Origin: Candidatus Shapirobacteria bacterium
Lineage (GTDB): Bacteria; Patescibacteriota; Microgenomatia; UBA12405
Assembly (NCBI GenBank): GCA_016188545.1
Contig: JACPHO010000001.1
Location: forward strand, 90,774 to 154,773
Reading direction: 5' to 3'
DNA length: 64,000 bases
Positions 39,096 through 47,855 of this stretch are shown in pieces; positions within the stretch are counted from its first letter, which is position 1, and the number at the start of each line of letters is the position of its first letter. Below the pieces are notes generated by a model. That model saw nothing but the letters and a program-made list of their open reading frames with translations. It was not told the DNA's origin and did not search any database. The position numbers were made by a program, and so were the translations under genes.

Positions 39096-39401
39096 ATGAC
39101 CAAAAACCCCCTCATCAACGCCCTAAGTGCTTCTGCCTACATAGTCCTGGTTGTCTCGGTAATGACATTAATTACCCAACCACTAAAAAATAAACCCGAT
39201 ACTTTCTTTGCCCCGATCACCTTTTTGTCAGTTCTCACTCTCTCGGTTACCGTCATGGCATTTTTATTTTTTTATCAGCCCCTTCAACTTTTTATCGATG
39301 GTAAGAAAAAAGTAGCTGTGAATCTCTTTGTAAAAACCGTTGGTATTTTTGCAGTTATTACCTTAGTTATTTTAGCCCTGCTTTTTGCCGGTCTGATCTA
39401 G
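39096..39401 (+). CDS. small membrane protein, hypothetical
   Basis: 101 aa, 3 TM helices. Confidence 0.4.
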   Translation: MTKNPLINALSASAYIVLVVSVMTLITQPLKNKPDTFFAPITFLSVLTLSVTVMAFLFFYQPLQLFIDGKKKVAVNLFVKTVGIFAVITLVILALLFAGLI

Positions 39402-39416
39402 AAGTAGACATCGTCT

Positions 39417-39683
39417 ATGTGCCGCAGTATCAAACCATTATTCAATTACTATCCACCTGCAACTTCAGATGAAATCCACGACGCCTCAGTCCAGTTTGTC
39501 AAAAAAATTTCCGGATTCAGTAAGCCGTCCAAAATCAACGAAGCATTCTACAGCAATGCCATAAATGAAATCGACAAAATATCTCAAAAGTTACTTTGCT
39601 CCCTAATAACTAACTCAGAACCGAAGAGTCGAGAAGTAGAAAATAAAAAAGCTCTTGATAGAGCCCTTAAAAGATTCGGGTAA
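39417..39683 (+). CDS. hypothetical protein
   Basis: 88-aa ORF. Confidence 0.3.
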   Translation: MCRSIKPLFNYYPPATSDEIHDASVQFVKKISGFSKPSKINEAFYSNAINEIDKISQKLLCSLITNSEPKSREVENKKALDRALKRFG

Positions 39684-39748
39684 CTTGATAAGATTTCAAC
39701 TCCTACCAAATTAGTAGACGTTTCATCAGAAGAATTGTAAAATTATAT

Positions 39749-40360
39749 ATGGATAATCCACAGGTCACCTGTAGTATCGCCATGTCCCTCGATGGATTCA
39801 CTGCCGGCAAAAATCAAAGTTTTGAAAACCCCTTCGGAGACAATTTTGATCCTGATTTACTCCGTCGCTGGATGTTTCAGGAGCCGGAAAAGAATAATCA
39901 TAAAAAAGAAATCGACGCTATCCTCGACGCTGGTGCCTTCATCATGGGAAGTAATATGTTTGGGCCCGCCAATAGACGAGACTCTCCCGAGTGGAAAGGT
40001 TGGTGGGGCGAAGAACCACCATATCATGCACCTGTTTTTGTCCTAACCCACCAGCAACGTGACCCAATTGAAATGGCCGGAGGAACTACTTTCAACTTTA
40101 TAACCGAAGGTGTAGAGTCAGCTCTAATCCAGGCAAAAAAAGTCGCAGGAGATCGCAACATCTCAGTTGCCGGTGGTGCCAGCACTGTCAATCAATTTTT
40201 AGCCGCTGGACTAATTGATGAACTCTGGCTTCACATAGTTCCTGTAACAATTGGTATCGGTACCCGACTATTTGAAGGGGTACCTCCACTGTTGCTCGAA
40301 CCAATCGAAGTAGGTGGTACCAGTGTAGTGACTCACATCCGATACCGGATTTTAAAATAA
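39749..40360 (+). CDS. dihydrofolate-reductase-like (RibD C-terminal domain) family protein
   Basis: CSIAMSLDGFTAG start and Gly-rich nucleotide-binding region AGGASTVNQFLAAGLIDELWLHIVPV, typical of the RibD_C/DHFR-like family. Confidence 0.7.
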   Translation: MDNPQVTCSIAMSLDGFTAGKNQSFENPFGDNFDPDLLRRWMFQEPEKNNHKKEIDAILDAGAFIMGSNMFGPANRRDSPEWKGWWGEEPPYHAPVFVLTHQQRDPIEMAGGTTFNFITEGVESALIQAKKVAGDRNISVAGGASTVNQFLAAGLIDELWLHIVPVTIGIGTRLFEGVPPLLLEPIEVGGTSVVTHIRYRILK

Positions 40361-40387
40361 TTATTTATTAATTAGGAGAAAAATATT

Positions 40388-40768
40388 ATGTCCAAATATG
40401 TCGATGGATTTGTTCTGGTAGTTCCCAATAATAAAGTAGAAGAGTACAAAAAAATGGCCCAAATCGGCCGTGATTCCTGGATGAAGCATGGTGCTCTTAG
40501 TTATTTTGAGTGTCGTGGTGACGATATGGTTCCCCAGGAAATGGGAGACCAAAAAACTCGTGCCTTCCCCGAAATGGTCGGAGCCAACTCTGGTGAAACA
40601 GTTTGGTTTTCATTTATTACGTTTAACTCCAAAGAACACCGCGACGAAGTTAACGCCAAGGTAATGGCCGAAATGGACGAACAGATGAAAGATATGAAAG
40701 ACATGGAAATGCCAGTCGAAATGAATCGCATGGCCTATGGTGGCTTCCAAGTCGAAGTCGAAGGATAA
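40388..40768 (+). CDS. DUF1428-family protein
   Basis: MSKYVDGFVLVVPNNKVEEYKKMA...HGALSYFEC pattern of the DUF1428 family. Confidence 0.55.
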   Translation: MSKYVDGFVLVVPNNKVEEYKKMAQIGRDSWMKHGALSYFECRGDDMVPQEMGDQKTRAFPEMVGANSGETVWFSFITFNSKEHRDEVNAKVMAEMDEQMKDMKDMEMPVEMNRMAYGGFQVEVEG

Positions 40769-40785
40769 AATCGAAAATAATCTTC

Positions 40786-41430
40786 TCAGTCAAAATAGTT
40801 TATACTTTCTTTGGCAAACTTATACTTTCCTTCCCCCGTTTCCACGATTACGTTGCTACTTAGCATCTTGCCTAGGGCTGCTTCAGCTTTCAGTTTTTTG
40901 TTTAAAATTATTTCGTATACCGCAACTATATCTTCCTTACTAAACGATTCCGGCAAAAACACTTTTGCCACATTGCTATATTCCAGCTTTGATTGCAACC
41001 GGGTTACAGCAAAAGCGATTATATCTTTGTGGTCAAACGCTGTTTCCGGCAGTTTCTCCACTTCTTGCCAATCAATTTCTACATAATTTCCGCTGGCATT
41101 TAGTTCAAAAGGCACTGTTTCTCGAACTAATAATAGGTAAGCAATCGACACCACTTGTCCTCTCGAGTCTCGGTTCGGATCTCCAAATGTATATAGTTGT
41201 TCCAAGTATCCCGACTTAATATTAGTCTTATCTTTAAGCACTCTAATTGCCGTTGATTCGGGCGATTCTTTCAGAGCCACTAGCCCTCCCGGCAAGCACC
41301 ATTTTCCACTGTAGTCCCCAGATTTAATTTTTAGCATCAATACCATCAATTTTCCGTTGGAAATTGTGAAAACTGTTGTATCAACTGCGACGGCTGGACC
41401 ATCAACGGTATGGTGTAGGTATTGTGTCAT
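40786..41430 (-). CDS. NUDIX hydrolase with degenerate Nudix box and C-terminal extension
   Basis: GGLVALKESPESTAIRVLKDKTNI: Gx5Ex7R retained, the REuxEE glutamates partly replaced. Confidence 0.7.
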   Translation of the reverse strand: MTQYLHHTVDGPAVAVDTTVFTISNGKLMVLMLKIKSGDYSGKWCLPGGLVALKESPESTAIRVLKDKTNIKSGYLEQLYTFGDPNRDSRGQVVSIAYLLLVRETVPFELNASGNYVEIDWQEVEKLPETAFDHKDIIAFAVTRLQSKLEYSNVAKVFLPESFSKEDIVAVYEIILNKKLKAEAALGKMLSSNVIVETGEGKYKFAKESINYFD

Positions 41431-41484
41431 AAATCTTCTATAATAGCCTAATTCGAATTTATTAGATCAGCAACAAATCTTATC

Positions 41485-42600
41485 ATGGATGCCCAAAAAA
41501 TCACCAATCTAAGAGTCAAACTCATGAAGCTTGCCAAGAGTCTTCGGGTTTCTGTCATTCCCCCCGACGCCGATTTGGAAAAGCCCCAAGGTGTCCGCGA
41601 CGACACAGTTCTCTTTGAAGGCAAGTCCCTCCATCGTCGACGCATAGTTCTTCTGACTCCAAAATGCACTTCTGCCTCTTGTCTAATGTGTCCTCTTCCC
41701 AACGAAGCCCTCGACAACCGCACTATTACTCCAGAGCAAATCATCAAACAGTACGATAGTTGTTTTGGTCAACCCAACGACCACGAAATCGAAACCATTT
41801 CACTTTACACCAATGGAAATTTCTTCGCCGACAATGAGATCCCTGAAGTAGTCAAGGAGCATATCTACCGTCACATCAGCACTACCAATGCCAAATATGT
41901 TTTAGTCGAATCTTTGCCTCAATTTGTTAACGAACAAAAATTAGCGTTAGCCAAAAAATATCTCAAGGACAAAGTCCTAATTACTGCCATCGGCCTCCAA
42001 TCATCTTCAGACCTGGTTCGTCAAATCTCGGTCAATACTACCTGTACCCAGGAATCATTTGAGAAGGCTTATCATCTTTCTCGCAAGTTTGGATTTGATA
42101 TCCAAGCATTTTTAATGATCAAGCCTCCCTTTCTCACCGAAACTGAGGCCATCAACGACTGTGTCGACTCCATTGGTTATCTATACCAATTGGGTATCAA
42201 AAATCCCACTCTTTGCGCCTGTCGCGCCGCTCCCAATACCGTCCTTGATATTCTTCGACTAGATGGCAAGTATCATTCCCCTTGGTTATGGACTGTCGCT
42301 GAAGTTATGACAAGATCTGCCGAGAAATATCCCCAGTCTGTCCCAATGTTGGTTATTAATGAACTTTTATCCGAAAAAAATCTCGACTCCACTGTCTCTC
42401 ACAATTGCGACGAGTGTTCTGCCAGCGTTATCCAAGCCCTTGTTCGATTCAATGCCGACCGCAACGTCGCTGCCCTCAAAAGTGTCACCCACACTTGTTA
42501 TCAAAATTATTTACAAGAGCGAAAAACTGAAGACGAATTTGCCTCCACTCATTCCCTTGTCTGGCGTGTCGAAGACTTTCTCACTACTCACAGTCTCTAA
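41485..42600 (+). CDS. radical-SAM-like TIM-barrel protein with non-canonical Cx4Cx2C cluster motif (hypothetical)
   Basis: IVLLTPKCTSASCLMCP then ISLYTNGNFF, YVLVESLPQFV and ITAIGLQSSSD strands. The spacing resembles radical SAM core strands but the Cys motif is CX4CX2C, not CX3CX2C. Confidence 0.35.
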   Translation: MDAQKITNLRVKLMKLAKSLRVSVIPPDADLEKPQGVRDDTVLFEGKSLHRRRIVLLTPKCTSASCLMCPLPNEALDNRTITPEQIIKQYDSCFGQPNDHEIETISLYTNGNFFADNEIPEVVKEHIYRHISTTNAKYVLVESLPQFVNEQKLALAKKYLKDKVLITAIGLQSSSDLVRQISVNTTCTQESFEKAYHLSRKFGFDIQAFLMIKPPFLTETEAINDCVDSIGYLYQLGIKNPTLCACRAAPNTVLDILRLDGKYHSPWLWTVAEVMTRSAEKYPQSVPMLVINELLSEKNLDSTVSHNCDECSASVIQALVRFNADRNVAALKSVTHTCYQNYLQERKTEDEFASTHSLVWRVEDFLTTHSL

Positions 42601-42656
42601 AACAAATTGCCAATAACTTATTATTTGCAATTTGTAATTTGAATTTTTACTCCCCA

Positions 42657-42766
42657 CGTCATTGCGAGGGGTTTATCCCCGCGGCAATCTCGTTGGAACC
42701 TCCACAGCCTTTCGTCCCAGTCTTATTTACGTTTTTACTTTTTACTTTTGATTTTTTACTTTTACG
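42657..42766 (+). repeat. GC-rich hairpin repeat element copy C plus AT-rich tail
   Basis: TCATTGCGAGG at 42659. Alternative hairpin GGGG-TTTAT-CCCC. 3' box GGCAATCTCGTTGGAACCTCCACAGCC at 42683-42709. TCTTATTTACGTTTTTACTTTTTACTTTTGATTTTTTACTTTTACG. Confidence 0.6.
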
Positions 42767-42787
42767 TATTTCGTTTTTTAATCGGTA

Positions 42788-44644
42788 TTACTTTCTCACC
42801 AATCTTTTCAAAAAATCCAAGTGCCACCGGCATATATCAACCAGTAGTGTCTCATCATCAAATTCCAAGTATTTCATTAATGTAACAAAAGAAGGCTCAC
42901 AGTCTTTTAACTTAATTTTTGCCCCCAAACTCTGATGGTAGGAAATATTTAGTTGCCATATTTGCAGTGAAAATTGCAGTTCCATCGATGGAGGCAAACT
43001 TCCTCGAGAAATCATCGAGACATACGGAAGCAAATACGGCGCTCTACACAATTCTCCGTTTGGTAAAGACACTACCAGACCCGACCCCCTAGTCCCCACC
43101 ATAAAGTCTCTCAAGTCATTTATGTCCACCAAGTCATCAGCCTCTAGTTTTAACTTTTCATGATACTTTTCCAAATACTTTTGCAAAAGTCCATTTTTCT
43201 CAATTATCTCTATCGTTGGTGGAGCCAGTTTCAGCAGTGTATTGACTGTAAATCCGGTAGCAATGTCATCATCCAGCAGTACATATTTCCCCGCCTCAAT
43301 TTTTGAAAACTGTTCCTCGATCGATGGGTTTCCTGGACGGTTAACCAAATGTTCCCACCGGCATTGTCCATCACTAATCCCAAAATGTCTCGAAAATCCC
43401 AGATTGTATTTACCTTCAGTGCAGGCATCCAGGTTAATTACCTCGTTCTCCTGGTTATATTTTTCAACAATTTCCTTTTGGGCACCTAGGTCAATCGGCT
43501 GCACTTTTACTTTCGATCTCTGATCAGGCAAACTGCAAGTCGAAAAACTGTTTTCCAGAAACTTGCTAAATTTATCCAAAAATTCAATATTGGCAATAGT
43601 CAGTTCGTATCTCGAGTTAATATTTTCCCAAATTTGGGTCGACCATTGATAGTCAACTCGAATAGCATACTTTTTTTCCTGTAGATCAAAGCTATGAACC
43701 GGGTGGTTGTACCATTTATCAAACAGCGGTTCAATTGCCGGCAAAGGTGGCTTTTGTTGGCTTCTAATTTCCGAGGACGAAATGCTTGGTTGGTCAAAAA
43801 AAGCATCGACAATTACAATCTCATTATTTGAGGTAATGTATGGGTCATGTTTAATTTTCAACATTCGATCCTCATGCGAAGGTCTTTTTACACAGACACA
43901 GCCCCCCTTGTTAATAAAGGTTCTGGCAAAAGCAGCGTTATCTCCCCCAAACACATAATAAATTTTCAAAGGAATTTCTGGCAAATGAAATTTCAAATAA
44001 TTCTCCAATCGACGCAAGACATCGGTAAAGTTAATTAGGTACTCGTTGTATCGGACTTCCCAATTGTCCACCATCAGCCAATCGCTATATGCCACCGCCT
44101 TTTCGCACAAATACAGACGGTGAGGTGCATCAAAAAAAGTTGTATCTTTGTATTTTTTAAAAACATAAGTATCGTGTGATGGCGAGATATACCCACCAAC
44201 TACAATTTTTCCCCTAGACTCCAGTTCTTTCTTGGCATTTTCCATCATCATCAAGTGCCCCTCGTGTATCGGACAAAACGCCCCAGTCGTCAGCAGTATT
44301 ATCGGTGGGTTAGTCGAAAAGTTAGCTCGAGTCTCCTCGGGCAAGTCTTTTATCTGGTTAATAATTTTGTGTACCGGTGTGGTCATCATTCTCGGGTCAC
44401 TTCGCAAATCAAGCAAGTCTTCCGGTTCAGACCCATCATCAAAAAATCCCGCCTCCTCAATTATCTTCGGGTCATGATATTTTCGCACCGCTCGTCCATA
44501 AAACGGATCACGCAGCATTTTCCAATACAATCTTAACTTGTCCTTGTCATATCTTTCACCTGAACGCAACTCAATATAGGCCTTGTCGAGAGACTCTATC
44601 GTAGCATCAGGTTTTAGTCCAAATATCTTCCACAGGTTAATCAT
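42788..44644 (-). CDS. NMN/NaMN adenylyltransferase-like (HxGH) domain fused to a type I phosphoribosyltransferase-like domain
   Basis: LLTTGAFCPIHEGHLMMM (cytidylyltransferase HIGH motif) near residue 120. C-terminal KYVLLDDDIATGFTVNTLL resembles the PRPP-binding motif of type I PRTases. 618 aa. Adjacent to nadE. Confidence 0.6.
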   Translation of the reverse strand: MINLWKIFGLKPDATIESLDKAYIELRSGERYDKDKLRLYWKMLRDPFYGRAVRKYHDPKIIEEAGFFDDGSEPEDLLDLRSDPRMMTTPVHKIINQIKDLPEETRANFSTNPPIILLTTGAFCPIHEGHLMMMENAKKELESRGKIVVGGYISPSHDTYVFKKYKDTTFFDAPHRLYLCEKAVAYSDWLMVDNWEVRYNEYLINFTDVLRRLENYLKFHLPEIPLKIYYVFGGDNAAFARTFINKGGCVCVKRPSHEDRMLKIKHDPYITSNNEIVIVDAFFDQPSISSSEIRSQQKPPLPAIEPLFDKWYNHPVHSFDLQEKKYAIRVDYQWSTQIWENINSRYELTIANIEFLDKFSKFLENSFSTCSLPDQRSKVKVQPIDLGAQKEIVEKYNQENEVINLDACTEGKYNLGFSRHFGISDGQCRWEHLVNRPGNPSIEEQFSKIEAGKYVLLDDDIATGFTVNTLLKLAPPTIEIIEKNGLLQKYLEKYHEKLKLEADDLVDINDLRDFMVGTRGSGLVVSLPNGELCRAPYLLPYVSMISRGSLPPSMELQFSLQIWQLNISYHQSLGAKIKLKDCEPSFVTLMKYLEFDDETLLVDICRWHLDFLKRLVRK

Positions 44645-44652
44645 TTAACAGT

Positions 44653-45648
44653 CTAGTACTTCCATCCACCTGGTACGAGTCGGGTATAAATATCTAAGTG
44701 GATTGCTGGCAGGCCCACTAAATATTTATGGGCGTTGTAGCTGTGTAGTTTTTCAAGACGAGCACTGAGTTCAGTAAATTGGTCAGCCGCTTCCTTGTCA
44801 AACCCTGCCACAATTTTTTGTTGTTCTTCAGTGGGCAAGCAAAGATAGTTTTCGTACAATTCCACAAAATCATAACTTGTGCCAAAAACTTCCTCGTCTG
44901 TCCGCGCATCAAACATATCACCCGTGGGAATGGCTTCCAACACTGACTGGGGGAGTTTTAGGGCATGGGCTAGGTCATACACTTCACTTTTGTGAATATC
45001 CGATATTATTTGGATATCGTTCATACCATCAGATGCCTTACCAAAAAATCCCAGATATGAACCCTCATCGCGGTTGGTTGTACCAATCAGTAGTGCCGGA
45101 TTGCCATGTTGGTTCAATAAACTAGTTAGATAATAAAATGCCGGTGTCCGAATTGTTGAGACCAGTTGTCCCGATGCCCAGTCATCTCCAGTCATTTCAG
45201 CCGCATTGTCCACAGTTTCTTTCATTAACAAATGAACCTTAGTAACATCAACCTCGACTGTCGTTAGTCCCATACTGCTGGCCACTTCTCGTCCCCGTGA
45301 CAGTGCTTTATCCTGATTAGTAGTTCCACTATCATATATTGGAACAAGTGCTGGAATGATTTTTTTAATGGGGGAGTCAGGCTGGGTCGATGCATAGTGA
45401 ATAATTCCCAGAGCCACCGCCGAATCCACGCCACCGCTTATACCAATAACTACCCCGGATAGCCCCGACTTTCTAAAGTACTCATTAAGCAATGCCGATT
45501 TTTTCTGAAGATAGCTTGTCGTATCAAAGCCCCGATCCACCCTAAATTTCTCCAAAAGAGCAATTAACTGAGGACTGGTCATTTGTTGTGCAGCTGGGTT
45601 GAATACTTTCATATATTTATACTTTATAAAACAAATTGAGTATATCAA
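44653..45648 (-). CDS. nadE: NH3-dependent NAD+ synthetase
   Basis: PP-loop GISGGVDSAVALGI. Overall length and C-terminal motifs. Confidence 0.9.
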   Translation of the reverse strand: MIYSICFIKYKYMKVFNPAAQQMTSPQLIALLEKFRVDRGFDTTSYLQKKSALLNEYFRKSGLSGVVIGISGGVDSAVALGIIHYASTQPDSPIKKIIPALVPIYDSGTTNQDKALSRGREVASSMGLTTVEVDVTKVHLLMKETVDNAAEMTGDDWASGQLVSTIRTPAFYYLTSLLNQHGNPALLIGTTNRDEGSYLGFFGKASDGMNDIQIISDIHKSEVYDLAHALKLPQSVLEAIPTGDMFDARTDEEVFGTSYDFVELYENYLCLPTEEQQKIVAGFDKEAADQFTELSARLEKLHSYNAHKYLVGLPAIHLDIYTRLVPGGWKY

Positions 45649-45714
45649 TAAGCCCTGAACTTTAGTATCAAGGGTACTGATATTTAAGTAGTTACACAGT
45701 ATATTATTAATAAT

Positions 45715-46032
45715 ATGGTTTCACTTGAATACTTACGTCAATTTAAAATTGGTCCATTCGCAATTTTTGACACGGTCATTTCATATCTTGGAGTCTTGAT
45801 TTTATCCCCTATATTAAGTTGGCTATTTTCAAAAATGCATCTCAAGATAACCACAGTTTCCTGGCTTTGGTTCACCCTACCAATATCCGTTTTGTTTCAC
45901 ATAGTTTTCCACCAATCCACCCCATTAATGAAAATACTCACCGACCCCAATCCACCCCAATTCTATATCGCCCTAGCCATTCTCCTTGTCATGGTCTATC
46001 TGGGCATTAAGAAGATAAAGTGGTTGGAATAA
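45715..46032 (+). CDS. small membrane protein, hypothetical
   Basis: 105 aa, 3 TM helices. Confidence 0.4.
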   Translation: MVSLEYLRQFKIGPFAIFDTVISYLGVLILSPILSWLFSKMHLKITTVSWLWFTLPISVLFHIVFHQSTPLMKILTDPNPPQFYIALAILLVMVYLGIKKIKWLE

Positions 46033-46036
46033 AGTA

Positions 46037-46711
46037 TCAAAGTTTGTAATCGGACACGATCTCATAGCTCGCGTAGGACAAAATTTTGTTATCCAAAATG
46101 CACATTTTTATTTCTGGCCAGCAGTTTGCCATTTTTTCAATCTCGCTTTTTGAACACCAACTTATATCACCAACCAATTTCATTTTCTCTTTTTCTTCTT
46201 TAGTCACCTCAACTTTATAAATCGCTTGTGCATCGTCAAACAACACTTCCTGGTTTGTAGTTTTGGTAGTCTTCATGTGAAGGCTGATAAACACAAATCT
46301 GTCTGTTCCGATTTTAATCGCCGTATTGTTTTCAAATAACCTAACGAGAGATTCTTCCATCTTTTCTCCAAATCTCGAGTCTCCGCTAGGCAAGTTATAA
46401 AAATTAATTTTGGCACTCGAGTGTCCTTTCACCAAAAAGTTCTCATTTCCATCAGTCACTACAAAGCCACAATAAAATAATTTTCTTTCCGGATAATCCA
46501 GGTCAGGCAACCCCAAAGCGTAAATTTCCTTCATCCCCTTGGCCGTTATTTTATAAATATCACCAGTCTTTTCGACTAGCTCGCTCTTGGTCAGCTGTTT
46601 TAAGTGAAAAACAATATTGTTCTCAAAATCATATCCGGAAGTAAGTCTCGAGTATCTTTGCCCATTCTGTTGGGTTAACCTGGCTAGTAATATTTTTTGG
46701 ATTTGATGCAT
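46037..46711 (-). CDS. hypothetical protein with N-terminal wHTH-like region
   Basis: 224-aa ORF. Confidence 0.4.
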   Translation of the reverse strand: MHQIQKILLARLTQQNGQRYSRLTSGYDFENNIVFHLKQLTKSELVEKTGDIYKITAKGMKEIYALGLPDLDYPERKLFYCGFVVTDGNENFLVKGHSSAKINFYNLPSGDSRFGEKMEESLVRLFENNTAIKIGTDRFVFISLHMKTTKTTNQEVLFDDAQAIYKVEVTKEEKEKMKLVGDISWCSKSEIEKMANCWPEIKMCILDNKILSYASYEIVSDYKL

Positions 46712-46786
46712 GGTTTAGTGTAGTTTACTACTCTAGAAGTCAACATTCTAAATTTGTACACTAGCTCGTTATAGGTTGTTACTACC

Positions 46787-47155
46787 ATGTTCAAAAAAAT
46801 GTTTGCCAATTGTTTGCTCGTCAAAGACTTCGACAAATCACTCTCATTTTACCGTGATACTCTAGGTCTGGAAATAAATTCAACTGATGGCAAGTTTGCC
46901 AATTTTATGGTGGATAATCTCGAACTGGCAATAATGGAGCGCTCTCAGGCCACAGAAATGTTGCCATCAAAACATATGAATACTGGTGGCAGTGTGTTGC
47001 TTTGTTTCCAAGTCGAAGACGTCGAAAAAACAACCGTCGATCTAAAATCAAAAGGAGTCATGTTTATCGTCGACCCCCAGGTCACTTCCTGGGGCCAAAC
47101 AGTTGCTTATTTCCAGGATCCCGATAGTAACATTTGGGAAATATCAAAACTATGA
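46787..47155 (+). CDS. VOC/glyoxalase-family protein
   Basis: N-terminal LLVKDFDKSLSFYRDTLGLE bab-alpha-bbb module. Confidence 0.75.
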   Translation: MFKKMFANCLLVKDFDKSLSFYRDTLGLEINSTDGKFANFMVDNLELAIMERSQATEMLPSKHMNTGGSVLLCFQVEDVEKTTVDLKSKGVMFIVDPQVTSWGQTVAYFQDPDSNIWEISKL

Positions 47156-47793
47156 TCAAAGCCATTATCTTCGACTACGACGAAACTCTGACCAAAACAA
47201 TTGTCGCCAAAGCCCAAGCATATTCCGATTTTGCCCTAGCGGAATACAATCTTGTGTTAACGCAGGAAGAAGTCAAAAGTGCTTTTGGCAAACCTTACGA
47301 AGAGTTTATAAAAACACTTTTTGGAGGTGTTGAAGATGTTAATTTAATAATTTCAAAATATCAAAAATTTAGCGAAAGTTATCCACCGATTCCTTACGAA
47401 AATGCCGAGGATACCGTCAACCGACTGTTCTCCAAATACCTAGTCGGCATTGTCAGTGGCATTAGGCGCAAATCAATCCAAAGTGACTTGTCCAAATTAA
47501 ATTTTGACCAAAAATACTTTTTCCACATCCAATGCGGCGACGATACTATCGATTTAAAACCAAATCATAAAGTATTTTTGCCATTATTATCAAAACTAAA
47601 ACTGTGCCGCATCGATCCTCATGAAGTTGTCTATGTTGGCGATAGTCTCGGGGATTTTCAAGTCTCAACCGCTGTTGGTTTTCAGTTCATCGGTATCGCC
47701 GGACACACAGTTTCAACATCAGAGTTCAAAAAGTCCGGAGCAACCTACATAACCAACTTTAGTGAGTTGGAGTCAATACTAAGCAGTAAGTAG
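47134..47793 (+). CDS. HAD-superfamily hydrolase
   Basis: Motif I AIIFDYDETLT (DxDxT). Motif IV VYVGDSLGD. Confidence 0.8.
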   Translation: MGNIKTMIKAIIFDYDETLTKTIVAKAQAYSDFALAEYNLVLTQEEVKSAFGKPYEEFIKTLFGGVEDVNLIISKYQKFSESYPPIPYENAEDTVNRLFSKYLVGIVSGIRRKSIQSDLSKLNFDQKYFFHIQCGDDTIDLKPNHKVFLPLLSKLKLCRIDPHEVVYVGDSLGDFQVSTAVGFQFIGIAGHTVSTSEFKKSGATYITNFSELESILSSK

Positions 47794-47855
47794 GGGACAA
47801 CTGTCGTTTCTGCAGTGACCCCATTTTCGCCATATGTATATGAGAAAATATTTAT

